The notes under the pieces are model-generated. The model did no database searches, was not told the DNA's origin, and saw only the letters and a program-made list of their open reading frames with translations. A DNA stretch of 64,000 bases from Minisyncoccota bacterium (GTDB lineage: Bacteria > Patescibacteriota > Minisyncoccia > Phycocordibacterales > Phycocordibacteraceae), in the NCBI GenBank assembly GCA_041663025.1, contig JBAZRE010000002.1, forward strand, positions 27,703-91,702, in the 5' to 3' direction. The position numbers and the translations under genes are program-made. The stretch's first letter is position 1; each line of letters begins with the position of its first letter. Positions 1 through 9,596 of the stretch are shown in pieces.

Positions 1-183
1 TTATCTGAAATTTCAAAAGAAGAATCAAAACTGATTGAACATATTAACGAGAAATGGAGAGGGAAGAGAACTGCCGACATTGTCACATTTACGCATAAGC
101 AAATGCCGTACCTATTTGCAGAGGACAACGACATAGTCTCGTATGAGGTATTCGGACAGGAGAATCCTGATGATATTTATTAG
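1..183 (+). CDS. hypothetical protein, C-terminal fragment truncated by window edge
   Basis: Open frame runs from the window start to TAG at 181-183 (...KWRGKRTADIVTFTHKQMPYLFAEDNDIVSYEVFGQENPDDIY*). No family recognised. Confidence 0.3.
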   Translation, partial: LSEISKEESKLIEHINEKWRGKRTADIVTFTHKQMPYLFAEDNDIVSYEVFGQENPDDIY

Positions 184-185
184 CT

Positions 186-584
186 ATGAAGTACGAGGTC
201 AATTTCAGGCCTTATACTGAAAGGCATTTCATCCGGACTTTTGCGAAGAAATACAAAGGCGCGTGGGATAAAACGCTCAAATCACTTGTTGTGGAATTTA
301 CTTTTGCCGATGTCCTGTTTGAGAAAAGTATTGCAGAAACTATTTGCATCTCTGCCGATAACGACATACGGATTTGTAAGACGGAGTTTAAAATTCTTGG
401 TACCGAAGTGTCCCGGCATGCATCGGGTAATAGATGTATTATCGCCGTACAAAAAAGCACAGCGATTGTACAAGTACTTCTTGTTTACGCAAAAGGCGAT
501 ATTAGAGGATCAAACGAAACTGCTGGCTGGAAAACTGTCATAAAAGATAATTACTCTGAATACAGAGAACTTTTAAACCCGTAA
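186..584 (+). CDS. hypothetical protein (132 aa)
   Basis: ORF starts 2 nt after the preceding ORF, suggesting a co-transcribed pair. Its TAA stop lies inside palindromic element 579-617. Confidence 0.35.
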   Translation: MKYEVNFRPYTERHFIRTFAKKYKGAWDKTLKSLVVEFTFADVLFEKSIAETICISADNDIRICKTEFKILGTEVSRHASGNRCIIAVQKSTAIVQVLLVYAKGDIRGSNETAGWKTVIKDNYSEYRELLNP

Positions 585-617
585 GGTGACACCTCGCGGC
601 GAGGAGTCACCTTACGG
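579..617. repeat. palindromic element family 1 (CCGTAAGGTGAC..CTCGCGGCGAG..GTCACCTTACGG)
   Basis: Near-perfect 39-bp palindrome. Related copies at 1380, 1832, 11838, 31218, 34087, 54967 and 54991. Supplies the stop codon of ORF 186-584. Confidence 0.8.
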
Positions 618-645
618 GGTGCGGGTACGTGCGTGATGGTATAAT

Positions 646-1047
646 TTGCAAATGAACACATACGAAACGTACCAAACATTGATCAAGCCCGAATGGGCGC
701 CGCCGGCGTGGGTGTTTGGGCCCGTGTGGATGGTGCTGTATGCCATTATGGTTATCTCATTTGGCAAGGTGTTCTATCGGGCTTTCATCAAGAAGGATAT
801 GTCGTGGAGAATCGCTCTCCCGTTTGTTCTCAATCTCATTTTCAATTTCTCTTTTACCTACTTCCAATTCGGATTAAAAAATAACACCCTCGCCGCAATC
901 GATATCCTCCTCGTCTTAAGCACGCTCATCTGGGCGATGATTGCTATATATCCGCGGATGAGATGGGTCGCGCTCGCTAACATCCCGTATCTCGCATGGG
1001 TCAGCTTCGCGACGGCTCTCCAACTAACCATCACGTTTCTTAACTAA
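646..1047 (+). CDS. TspO/MBR-family tryptophan-rich membrane protein (short form)
   Basis: N-terminal KPEWAPPAWVFGPVWMVLY matches the TspO signature (kPsW.PP..vFgpvW..LY). Multi-TM, 133 aa. Confidence 0.5.
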   Translation: MQMNTYETYQTLIKPEWAPPAWVFGPVWMVLYAIMVISFGKVFYRAFIKKDMSWRIALPFVLNLIFNFSFTYFQFGLKNNTLAAIDILLVLSTLIWAMIAIYPRMRWVALANIPYLAWVSFATALQLTITFLN

Positions 1048-1055
1048 ATATAAGC

Positions 1056-1373
1056 ATGAGCAACAAATACATTGAATACCTGAAGAATAATCCGCAGGGG
1101 TACTGGTTCAAGCGCAAGCTCTATGGCTGGGGCTGGGTCCCAGTGCGATGGCAGGGTTGGGCGGTGGTCGCTGTTTCAATGCTTTATATTGTCTTGGTTT
1201 CTCTGGACTTCTCCGAACAGGCAGAACTCGCGAAGGCGCTCGGCGCAGATCCGACAAATGGGGACCTAATTTCTTTTTTCGCCAAGATTGCGCTCGCCGT
1301 CGTCGTGATAATCAGCTTCTGCTATTGGAAGGGTGAGAGCCCGCGCTGGCAGTGGGGCGTCCCTAAGGATTGA
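1056..1373 (+). CDS. hypothetical small membrane protein
   Basis: 105-aa ORF with two hydrophobic helices. Tightly spaced after the previous gene. Confidence 0.4.
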   Translation: MSNKYIEYLKNNPQGYWFKRKLYGWGWVPVRWQGWAVVAVSMLYIVLVSLDFSEQAELAKALGADPTNGDLISFFAKIALAVVVIISFCYWKGESPRWQWGVPKD

Positions 1374-1379
1374 AATTAA

Positions 1380-1431
1380 TCCGTAAGGTAAACCCGTAAG
1401 GAGACACCTCGCGGCGAGGAGTCACCTTACG
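1380..1431. repeat. palindromic element family 1, extended copy
   Basis: ccgtaaggtaaacccgtaaggagacacctcgcggcgaggagtcaccttacgg, located 3' of ORF 1056-1373. Confidence 0.8.
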
Positions 1432-1455
1432 GAATAAGCTTGATATAATAAGCTT

Positions 1456-1830
1456 ATGAACAACCGAAAAATTTGGGCGGTGTTGGCAGTAATTGTGGTC
1501 TTGGATGGATGTTGGTATCTCTGGGAACGCTCGCAAGAAGTGACGCCTGGTACTCTGATTGGTGGAGAGAGAAGCGAACAAGGATGCCTCGGCCTGGCCG
1601 GATACAGCTTCGACGAGACTGTAGGTGCTTGCACTCGCAGTTTTGAATTGACGCCGGATATCAGACGGGCGGCAGGGATCGCTGTGGCCTCAGTCGGCCG
1701 CGATTGTGCACTCACTGTCGTCTCATTCAGCTCATATGAAGAAGTTGGTGCATACGACATCACGCTCGAACGCGGAACGGAGCGCGCGCGGCAGACGGTC
1801 GTCATTCGCAATTGGCAGGTAACAAAATAA
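1456..1830 (+). CDS. hypothetical secreted/membrane-anchored protein
   Basis: N-terminal hydrophobic anchor (IWAVLAVIVVL), 124 aa. The overlapping antisense 215-aa ORF 1422-2069 was judged spurious. Confidence 0.4.
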   Translation: MNNRKIWAVLAVIVVLDGCWYLWERSQEVTPGTLIGGERSEQGCLGLAGYSFDETVGACTRSFELTPDIRRAAGIAVASVGRDCALTVVSFSSYEEVGAYDITLERGTERARQTVVIRNWQVTK

Positions 1831-1831
1831 A

Positions 1832-1894
1832 CCGTAAGGTGACACCTTACGGATCGTGAGTTACGCACCCGCCTCGGCTTGCCGAGGCGGGGGA
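1832..1894. terminator. family-1 short palindrome plus a second GC hairpin (cccgcctcggcttgccgaggcggg)
   Basis: Two consecutive stem-loops after ORF 1456-1830. Confidence 0.45.
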
Positions 1895-1934
1895 GCTGTA
1901 TCATTAAATCGTTAGCCGATAACAATAATTTTGT

Positions 1935-2204
1935 ATGGATCAACATATGAGCCCGAGCAAAACTGCCATCACCTTTGCGGTTTTGCTGGGCGGTTTTCAC
2001 CTGGTGTGGTCCGTCTTGGTCGCGCTCGGTTGGGCGCAGGCGATGATGGACTTCATCTTCTGGGCGCACATGTTTAGCCTGGCATTCGTTGTGAAGGCCT
2101 TTGACGCGACGGCAGCCTTAACGCTCGTGATTATCACCGCGATCATGGGATACATCTTCGGCTACTTCATGGCGATCATCTGGAATCGTCTCCACCGCGC
2201 GTAA
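1935..2204 (+). CDS. hypothetical small membrane protein
   Basis: 89 aa with 3 hydrophobic helices. Confidence 0.4.
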   Translation: MDQHMSPSKTAITFAVLLGGFHLVWSVLVALGWAQAMMDFIFWAHMFSLAFVVKAFDATAALTLVIITAIMGYIFGYFMAIIWNRLHRA

Positions 2205-2281
2205 TACACACGTTGGGAGAAACTGGACAGGTTCAACTTGTCCAGGTGGTAGAATTACGTCATTAACAATTAGTATTCATT

Positions 2282-2656
2282 ATGGATATATCATTGGTTG
2301 CTGCAAAGATTTTGGGAGTGTATCTCGTCGTCAGCGGTCTCTTTCTTATAATTCGTGGGAAGACAATTCCGCGTTTGCTCAAGGATTTCTTTGATCACCC
2401 AGCTGTCGTGTATCTTGCTGGTGTCATTCTCATCTTCTTGTCATCGCTCATGTTGATCCAAAACAACGTCTGGGATGGCACGTGGAAAACGGTCATCACT
2501 ATCTTCTCGTGGCTCGTCCTCTTGAAGGGTATCGCATACATTCTCGCTCCTGACTCGTTGCACAAGTTTGTAAACAAGAAATTGCTCAGTATGCCATTTA
2601 ACGTTTATGGAATTATCGCGGTTGCCGCAGGCATCTTCCTCTACACCATCGGTTAA
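2282..2656 (+). CDS. hypothetical polytopic membrane protein
   Basis: 124 aa with 4 predicted TM helices. Confidence 0.45.
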   Translation: MDISLVAAKILGVYLVVSGLFLIIRGKTIPRLLKDFFDHPAVVYLAGVILIFLSSLMLIQNNVWDGTWKTVITIFSWLVLLKGIAYILAPDSLHKFVNKKLLSMPFNVYGIIAVAAGIFLYTIG

Positions 2657-2691
2657 ATACCGGTTGAAGGCCCATCTGATATGATGGGGGA

Positions 2692-3609
2692 ATGAATAAG
2701 TACCTCGTCACGCTTGGAGCATTTGCGCTGGCTGTTGCCATCGCGCTTTGGGTGATCGGTATACGCAAAGCGCAGGCGCCTGGCTCGCAGGCCTGCACCA
2801 TGGAGGCGAAGATTTGTCCCGACGGCTCCGCCGTCGGGCGTACCGGGCCTAATTGTGAATTCACACCGTGCCCAGATGCCGCGGCCACCAGCACCCTCGC
2901 TATAGGTGAGAGCGCGACCATAAACGGCACTACCATCGGCGTTCTTGAGCTCGTCGAGGACAGTCGTTGCCCGGTAGATGTGCAGTGCATTCAGGCGGGT
3001 ACCGTGCGCGTACTCGCTTCTGTTGATGCGTATAACAAAGACTTCACTTTCACACTCAGTAAGTCACAAGTTGTTGGGAATGCGACTATCACGCTTGCCT
3101 CGGTGACTCCCGCACAAAAGTATGCAAAGCAGACTCTGAAGCCAAGTGACTACCGCTTCACCTTCACTGTCGTGCCGAAGGTGTCGACTACTCCTGATGG
3201 CGGGAAAGCCTGCACCATGGAGGCAAAACTCTGTCCTGATGGTTCGTATGTTGGTCGCACAGGTCCCAACTGCGAATTCACCCCGTGTCCGACAGAAAGC
3301 ACCTCCGGTGTGAACGGAACCATCTCGCTCGGGCCGACCTGCCCCGTGATGCGAGATCCTCCTGATCCGCAGTGCGCCGACAAGCCGTATGCGACAGCGA
3401 TAACGGTATATCGTGCCGGCTCAAATACCCCTTTCATGTTGGGGAATTCAGACGCGACTGGCGCATTCAAATTCTCACTCCCGCCTGGCTCATACACTCT
3501 GAAGGCAACAGGTGGCACGATGCTCCCGCGCTGTAACCCGGTAGATGTGACCGTCACGGCGAACACCTACGCAACTGCGAACATCTCGTGCGACACCGGT
3601 ATTCGTTAG
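2692..3609 (+). CDS. secreted Cys-rich repeat protein with C-terminal carboxypeptidase-regulatory-like domain
   Basis: Signal anchor. Carries two copies of the motif ACTMEAK(I/L)CPDGSxVGRTGPNCEFTPCP (nt ~2795-2880 and ~3215-3300). C-terminus (VYRAGSNTPF..GSYTLKATGG) resembles a CarboxypepD_reg-like fold. Confidence 0.5.
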   Translation: MNKYLVTLGAFALAVAIALWVIGIRKAQAPGSQACTMEAKICPDGSAVGRTGPNCEFTPCPDAAATSTLAIGESATINGTTIGVLELVEDSRCPVDVQCIQAGTVRVLASVDAYNKDFTFTLSKSQVVGNATITLASVTPAQKYAKQTLKPSDYRFTFTVVPKVSTTPDGGKACTMEAKLCPDGSYVGRTGPNCEFTPCPTESTSGVNGTISLGPTCPVMRDPPDPQCADKPYATAITVYRAGSNTPFMLGNSDATGAFKFSLPPGSYTLKATGGTMLPRCNPVDVTVTANTYATANISCDTGIR

Positions 3610-3620
3610 GAGTTGGAGTG

Positions 3621-4484
3621 TTACATCGCGAGAAACACTAAGCCGATCGCAATCAAGACAAAGGATGCAACTTTAATCCATAACTTTTTCTCTCGGAAAT
3701 AGACGTGTCCGGATATCATGCAAAAAAGGATATTGAACGCGCGTTTCCCGGCGGTGATAATCGATGCCGCGCTAAAGAGGTATGCAAAACTCATAACGAC
3801 ACTGCTCACGCCCATAAGGAATGATTGCGCGAAGAACACCGGACGCTCGAGAAGGCGCAGTGGATTTTCCTTTGTTTTAACGAGCGCCATAGTCAAAAAG
3901 AAAATAACAAGGACGAGGCTCACGATCGCTTGTTCCGCCGAGACCGAATTAAAGTGACTAATATCATATTTGAAAAGAGAAATCGTCACGACGGCGTTCA
4001 CCGCGATAAAGGTGACCAGCCAAGCGCCCTGCCGACGGATGCCATGGTTCATGAAGAGTAGGATGAGACTCACGATGATAAGCACCATGCCGGCTATTTG
4101 GGAGAGACTCACTGAATAGGCGAGAATGATGTCAGTAACAAGCAGGAGGGGGATAGTGATGACACGCAAGAATCCAAACGTGCTTCGATCGGCGCGCATT
4201 ACCGCATAGACCGCTACATATTCTTGAAGTATCTCGAGTCCGACACGCGGAAGAAATGTCGGTAATGAGGACATGCTGAAGATAAAACCATGGGGAAAAC
4301 CCGCAATAAGGAAATTTTTTGGAATAAGAAAGGCAAGTGTGAGGAAGAATAACGTCGCCCAAAGGGAATTGAAGAAGCCCAGAGAAAAGACACTCTCTTT
4401 TCCGCGTGCTATCTCCCACTTGCCGACTGACGCACTTGCTTCTTCAGCGGCTGATGCACCGGCGGTGAGTAATAAACCAAGCAT
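3621..4484 (-). CDS. polytopic membrane protein (possibly DMT/EamA-like)
   Basis: About 10 TM helices. The start was trimmed to ATG at 4484 from a longer ORF whose N-terminal extension is basic, non-membrane and likely spurious. Confidence 0.45.
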   Translation of the reverse strand: MLGLLLTAGASAAEEASASVGKWEIARGKESVFSLGFFNSLWATLFFLTLAFLIPKNFLIAGFPHGFIFSMSSLPTFLPRVGLEILQEYVAVYAVMRADRSTFGFLRVITIPLLLVTDIILAYSVSLSQIAGMVLIIVSLILLFMNHGIRRQGAWLVTFIAVNAVVTISLFKYDISHFNSVSAEQAIVSLVLVIFFLTMALVKTKENPLRLLERPVFFAQSFLMGVSSVVMSFAYLFSAASIITAGKRAFNILFCMISGHVYFREKKLWIKVASFVLIAIGLVFLAM

Positions 4485-4523
4485 CTTGGTATTATTGCAC
4501 ACCCAATCTGGTAAGATGCCTGA

Positions 4524-6206
4524 ATGACTCAAGGCGAAGCGCTGACGATATTGAAGACGGGTGCGAACGTGTTCCTCACCGGAGAACCGGGGAGTGGAAA
4601 GACGCACACGATAAATGAATTCATTGGGTGGCTGCGGAGTTCTGGCATCGAGCCCTCGGTCACTGCCGCGACTGGCATCGCGGCTACACATGTCGCCGGT
4701 ATGACACTCCACTCATGGAGTGGTATCGGCATCGCAGATCATCTCTCGCGAGCTGATGTAGATCGAATCGCGACCAAGGAGCACATCGCGAAGCGCATTA
4801 TGAAGGCAAAAGTGCTCATCATAGAAGAGATCTCAATGCTCTCTGCTGCGACGTTTGAGATGGCAGACAAGATTTGTCGCGAGGTGCGCCGCGTTGACGC
4901 GCCATTCGGCGGACTCACCGTGATCTTGGTGGGAGACTTTTTCCAGCTCCCGCCTGTGTCGCGCAATAAGAATGTCGAATTCGCGTATTCCTCAAAGCTT
5001 TGGCGCGACTTGAATCTGCTCACCTGCTATATCACCGAACAGTATCGGCAGGACGATAGTGAATTTCTCGGTGTGCTCTCCGCGATTCGCGCTGGCGAGG
5101 TTGAAGAGATGCATCACGAGCAACTCATGGCGCGTCATGTTGAAGCAGCGGATCTTCCACTAGACGCCCCCAAGCTTTTTTCACACAACGCCGATGTCGA
5201 TCGCATCAATGCCGGTGAGCTCGCGAAGCTCACGGGCAAATCAAGCAAATTCACAATGAGTTCAAAAGGGAAGGATTCGATGTTTGAGGGGTTGAAGCGT
5301 GGCTGCCTCTCGCCCGAAGTGCTTGAATTGAAGGAGGGCGCGGCAGTGATGTTCACCAAGAACTCGCCGCAAGGGAAGTTTGTGAACGGCACACTCGGTG
5401 TAGTTATCGACTGGGCATTTGATGGGGCACCGATCGTGAAGACGAAGGATGGATTGAAGATAACCACTGAGCCGATGGAGTGGCAGCTCGAGGAACAAGG
5501 CAAGGTCAAGGCCTCAGTCGCGCAGTATCCGCTCCGGCTTGCCTATGCGATGACGGTGCACAAGAGCCAGGGGATGAGTATGGACGCGGCGATCATGGAT
5601 CTCTCAAAGGCGTTTGAATATGGGCAGGGATACGTCGCTCTCTCTCGCGTGCGGCGACTCTCCGGCGTGTATCTTACGGGATTGAATCAGCGCGCGCTGG
5701 AGGTGCATCCGGAGATTTTAAAAAAAGATAGAGACTTCCGCGCCGCGTCAGACGCGGCGCGTGATGCATTCTCTGAAATGCCAGAAGCAGAAAAAATAAC
5801 GATGCAAAAAAAGTTTGTGAAGGCGATGGGTGGAGCCTTTATAGACCCAAGCATCAAATCTCAAATCCCAAATCCCAAACAAATAATAAATTCAAAAAAT
5901 AAAATAGGATTGCCGGGTAGGTTAGCAGAGACGCTTCAAGCCGCGCGAGATGCCAAGAGTTTGAAGCAGGTAGCGAAGGATCGCGGACTGACCGTGAGCA
6001 CTATCGTTAAACATCTAGAAGAGCTCTCCGAGATAGGGAAGTTGGTGCGCGGCGACTTCGCACATCTCGTGCCGATCGACATCGTTGACGAGGTTCACGA
6101 GGCGCTCGCAGAAAATAAAGATGGTCGCCTCTCACCAATTTTTCACGCCCTCGGCGGCCGCCACTCTTTTGAGGTCATCCGCCTCGTCCGACTTATGCAT
6201 AACTAA
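4524..6206 (+). CDS. RecD/Pif1-family ATP-dependent 5'-3' DNA helicase
   Basis: Walker A GEPGSGKTH, Walker B/motif II VLIIEEISM. The AYAMTVHKSQG motif is typical of RecD/Pif1 motif VI. Confidence 0.8.
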   Translation: MTQGEALTILKTGANVFLTGEPGSGKTHTINEFIGWLRSSGIEPSVTAATGIAATHVAGMTLHSWSGIGIADHLSRADVDRIATKEHIAKRIMKAKVLIIEEISMLSAATFEMADKICREVRRVDAPFGGLTVILVGDFFQLPPVSRNKNVEFAYSSKLWRDLNLLTCYITEQYRQDDSEFLGVLSAIRAGEVEEMHHEQLMARHVEAADLPLDAPKLFSHNADVDRINAGELAKLTGKSSKFTMSSKGKDSMFEGLKRGCLSPEVLELKEGAAVMFTKNSPQGKFVNGTLGVVIDWAFDGAPIVKTKDGLKITTEPMEWQLEEQGKVKASVAQYPLRLAYAMTVHKSQGMSMDAAIMDLSKAFEYGQGYVALSRVRRLSGVYLTGLNQRALEVHPEILKKDRDFRAASDAARDAFSEMPEAEKITMQKKFVKAMGGAFIDPSIKSQIPNPKQIINSKNKIGLPGRLAETLQAARDAKSLKQVAKDRGLTVSTIVKHLEELSEIGKLVRGDFAHLVPIDIVDEVHEALAENKDGRLSPIFHALGGRHSFEVIRLVRLMHN

Positions 6207-6231
6207 CATGTAGGACGTAGTACGTCCTACA
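6207..6231. terminator. palindrome family 3 (ATGTAGGACGT..ACGTCCTACAT) between convergent genes
   Basis: Perfect 11-bp arms between the recD-like gene (+) and the HAD gene (-). A second copy lies in-frame inside dnaX at 35947. Confidence 0.5.
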
Positions 6232-6277
6232 TAAAAATATGGCCTAAAACCTAGCTTTTTTGTGAATTCTGTGGATG

Positions 6278-7048
6278 TCAGACATCCGCAAGAAGTTCTT
6301 TTATGAGAGTGGCAGTTTCGGAGGGATCTTTAACACTTTTTGTTTCAGCAGAAGTTTTAAATACTGCTTCGTCGTTGCCGCCAGCAGTGAGCTCGTCGCC
6401 GACGTAGAGCGATTCGGATTCATCAATACCGAGACGCTTGCAGAGCTGGCGAACGCCGTAGGCTTTATCAATATCACGTTTGGTGACATCGATCGTCGTC
6501 GCACCGCCCATGCCAACTGAAAAGTTTGGCAGGCGCGCAGCGATCGCCGCTTGGAGCGCATGGCGCTTGGTGTGATCGGGATCCCACGCCTTCTTCTCAA
6601 CGATCGGTGCTTCTTGGCCGAGCGCTGACATCGTCACTTGTCCACCGCGATACTCGATGCGCTCGCCCCACGCCGGCTCAGCAAAATTGATAAGGCCGGT
6701 CTCCTCGGCCGCCGCGCGCATCGCCGCGGCGATAGTATCCGACTCTTTTTCTGAAAGGCGTTCTTCATAAATTTTATCCCAGCCGCCACTGTCTACTCGG
6801 AGAGAATGTGAAGGATGGAATTCGTAGAGTGCGGCACCGGATGTGGGGAGCAGATAGAGATTCGCGAGATTCGCATCGACGGGGAGCCTCGCGACGACCT
6901 GTTTTAGGAATTGTGAGAATGCACCGCCCGAGACGATTGCTACTTTTATGCGCTTCAACAGTTCACAAAGCCTCACTGCCATTTCTGGCGAAATGGGCTG
7001 CTTGCTCTCGGCTAGCGTGCCATCTAAATCGAAAATGATTAGCTTCAT
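6278..7048 (-). CDS. HAD-IIB hydrolase, phosphomannomutase-like
   Basis: MKLIIFDLDGTL motif I followed by an SGG motif. Length and fold resemble eukaryotic-type PMM/Cof-type HAD. Overlaps the upstream GH130 gene by 4 nt, suggesting an operon. Confidence 0.55.
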   Translation of the reverse strand: MKLIIFDLDGTLAESKQPISPEMAVRLCELLKRIKVAIVSGGAFSQFLKQVVARLPVDANLANLYLLPTSGAALYEFHPSHSLRVDSGGWDKIYEERLSEKESDTIAAAMRAAAEETGLINFAEPAWGERIEYRGGQVTMSALGQEAPIVEKKAWDPDHTKRHALQAAIAARLPNFSVGMGGATTIDVTKRDIDKAYGVRQLCKRLGIDESESLYVGDELTAGGNDEAVFKTSAETKSVKDPSETATLIKELLADV

Positions 7049-8973
7049 GTCAGCGCGTCGACAATATGCGCGAGCGAGGCGGTCGCGACACCGAGCACTT
7101 TATCTGCTGCGCCGTAGTAGAGGAAGATCGTGTCACCGCGCACGACCGCGCCGCAAGAGAAGACGACGCGTGCCACGGTACCCTCTTGTTCATATTTCTC
7201 AAGCGGCTCGAAGATCGGGTCGGCGGTGCGCGCAAGGACTGTTATGCCGTCGGTGTCGAGAAGTGCCGCGCCGAGGCGATATGTCGACTTGCGCGAGACG
7301 CCGTGATAGATCATTAGCCACTTGTCGCCTTGACCTGGCACACTGACTTTAATAGGTGGGACAGCACTCCCGACCTTCAATCCATCCCACATGCCGTGTC
7401 GTGGAGCTATAACCTCGATGCAGCGGCTCGCGCGCTTGCCTGAAGAGAGATCGGGCAAGAGATCAGCAACAATCCTGTTGTTGACACGGTGGTAGAGAAG
7501 ATAATTCTCACCGATTTTTTCTGGCAAGAGCGCGAGGTCCTTATCATCGACGCCGTCGGGCGTGAGAATGAATGGCACACTCCATTTCTCCCACTGCCGC
7601 GCGACGAAGTCGTCAACACTGATTGATGAGATTGCTCCCGCCGGCACCCGCACACCATCATAGGCGGTGTAGGTCATGTGGAGCGTGTTGTCGATGCGCA
7701 CGATGCGCGGATCCTCGCAGCCAGAATTGCCGGTTGGGCTGCTGTGCTTCATTTCAAAATCGGCACGAGGCACATAGATCGGCTCAGTTAAACGTTCGTC
7801 GATAGCACTACCATCTTTAGAGACTGCGAGCCCGACGGTAGAGGTGTTCGCCTTATCCATCGCGCGATAGAGGATATACGCCGAGCCGTCAATATCGATC
7901 GCAGCAGCGTTCATCACCTCACCGCTCTCGAACCCTTCGCCTTGGGGCGAGAGAATGGGATTGTTCGCAGAACGGATGAATGTGCGCGCGGGTCGCTCAG
8001 GGTCAAGCGCGCGCAAGAGATCAGCAAGCTTCACTCGCGCCTTGGCGCAGACGGTATCTGCTGCGCCATACCAGATCTCGAGAAGGCCGTCTGCATCAAC
8101 AGAAGTGCTGGTGGGGAACACGATGTCAGGGACGAAGCCGTATTCTTCATAAAATTCTTGTGGCACAAAGATAGGCTCAGTGCATGAGATACGCTTCTGT
8201 GGATTGTCGCGGCTCAGGAGTTCCGCCTCGAAGGAGAAAACACGCTTGTCGCCGGCGTGGTAGTCCTGAATATAAGAATAGATCAGTAACCAGCCGTGTT
8301 CGGTCAGGATCGGTGCTGCACCGACCTCAACATGGTCTTGGTCAGTCCAGCGCATCTCGGTGAGTGCATGATCGGAGAGGTGGTCGTGCCAGCGATGCCA
8401 ATATTCGTGGTCAAAGAATTCTTCAATCTTTTTTGCACGTGCGATCGCAATGGTCGGCCACGGATGATCATCTGTTCGCTCGGTGTGCGCGGTGAGCAGC
8501 AGCACAATATCGCCGTCAATGCGCTCGGGGAAGAGGGTCGCGGCCTTGGCATTAAAAGGCGTGATGAGATGTCGCTCGGTAAAATTATCTGGTGAGTCGC
8601 CGATCGCGAGGGCGACCTTAATATTGTCAGCGCCGAAGGGATAGCCGCCGAGCGCAGTGTAGAAACAGTACCACCTACCCTCAAAGAAGCTTACGCGCGG
8701 ATCCTCGCAGCCGAAGTGATCCCATTTTTCTTGTGGCGCGATCACCTGTTGCCTTGATGAGAAGTGGACGCCATCTTCGGCAAAGGCGGTGCCGATAGTA
8801 GAGAGATTCGGGTGCGTCCCTAGGGCATCTTGTGATCCGACTGCGCGATAGAAGAGGCGTACACCCTCTGGAGTACGCACAGCTGATGGATTAAAAGTGG
8901 CTATAGATTCCCAAGGTCGCTCGCGTTGCGGCGCGATTATGGGGTTATGTGGCTCTCGTCGGATGACAAACAT
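7045..8973 (-). CDS. tandem two-domain GH130-family glycoside phosphorylase (DUF377)
   Basis: Two repeats of a beta-propeller module. Each carries FNP(S/A), GCEDPR and YG(A/G)AD motifs. Confidence 0.7.
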   Translation of the reverse strand: MFVIRREPHNPIIAPQRERPWESIATFNPSAVRTPEGVRLFYRAVGSQDALGTHPNLSTIGTAFAEDGVHFSSRQQVIAPQEKWDHFGCEDPRVSFFEGRWYCFYTALGGYPFGADNIKVALAIGDSPDNFTERHLITPFNAKAATLFPERIDGDIVLLLTAHTERTDDHPWPTIAIARAKKIEEFFDHEYWHRWHDHLSDHALTEMRWTDQDHVEVGAAPILTEHGWLLIYSYIQDYHAGDKRVFSFEAELLSRDNPQKRISCTEPIFVPQEFYEEYGFVPDIVFPTSTSVDADGLLEIWYGAADTVCAKARVKLADLLRALDPERPARTFIRSANNPILSPQGEGFESGEVMNAAAIDIDGSAYILYRAMDKANTSTVGLAVSKDGSAIDERLTEPIYVPRADFEMKHSSPTGNSGCEDPRIVRIDNTLHMTYTAYDGVRVPAGAISSISVDDFVARQWEKWSVPFILTPDGVDDKDLALLPEKIGENYLLYHRVNNRIVADLLPDLSSGKRASRCIEVIAPRHGMWDGLKVGSAVPPIKVSVPGQGDKWLMIYHGVSRKSTYRLGAALLDTDGITVLARTADPIFEPLEKYEQEGTVARVVFSCGAVVRGDTIFLYYGAADKVLGVATASLAHIVDALT

Positions 8974-8977
8974 ATGA

Positions 8978-9595
8978 TTATTGTACCGCTTTCACCTTCT
9001 TCGGGAAGCCGATATACGCACGAATAACTTTTGCGCCATTCACTGCGAGTGCAATTGAGCGCATACATCCATCATCAATGTCGCCTGCCATAACACGCTT
9101 AAGTCGCCGCCTCCCGCGAGTGCCTGTGTTGCCCTTGAAAATGATAGGTAAGAGATATTTTTCTTTTTGTAACAAATCAACATTAGTTGCGAGCATGTTG
9201 GAGACAGCATATCGCGCACGCTTGGTGAGAGACCTTGAATATTTTCCTAAAGCATCACGCACCTTGTCCGCTGTCTCTTGAAGTGAGCCGTTCGTCCATG
9301 GGAGTGGTAATCCGCCAGCTCTCTCCCAGACTCCAACCTCGTTTGTTGCAACCTCTCCCAAATACCAGTCACTTGCATCATAAGCACGAAGCCGTGGTGC
9401 GTATTCGAGTCTTTTGCCAAGTTGGGAATCGGTCATCTGGAGACCTTTTTGTTTTGATTGTTGGAATTCCTTTAAGAATTCTTCTCGGGATATTTTGTTT
9501 AAATACCTCCGACCACTCTTTTGAATGCGTATGCCATTTGCGATAACAAAAGTGCGTTTTACCTCGCGAACATTAACTTTTTTTAGGATTTTCAT
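8978..9595 (-). CDS. hypothetical protein
   Basis: 205 aa with no recognised family. Embedded between the two GH130 genes on the same strand. Confidence 0.4.
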   Translation of the reverse strand: MKILKKVNVREVKRTFVIANGIRIQKSGRRYLNKISREEFLKEFQQSKQKGLQMTDSQLGKRLEYAPRLRAYDASDWYLGEVATNEVGVWERAGGLPLPWTNGSLQETADKVRDALGKYSRSLTKRARYAVSNMLATNVDLLQKEKYLLPIIFKGNTGTRGRRRLKRVMAGDIDDGCMRSIALAVNGAKVIRAYIGFPKKVKAVQ

Positions 9596-9596
9596 A

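Noticed and set aside
1422-2069. 215-aa minus-strand ORF
   Set aside because: It overlaps two plus-strand ORFs with membrane-protein character and reads antisense through palindromic elements. Arg/Pro-rich low-complexity translation typical of antisense GC-rich frames.
6948-7346. Arg-rich 132-aa + ORF and neighbouring small ORFs inside the GH130/HAD genes
   Set aside because: Antisense to confidently assigned GH130 and HAD coding sequence. Composition (poly-Arg) is typical of spurious antisense frames.
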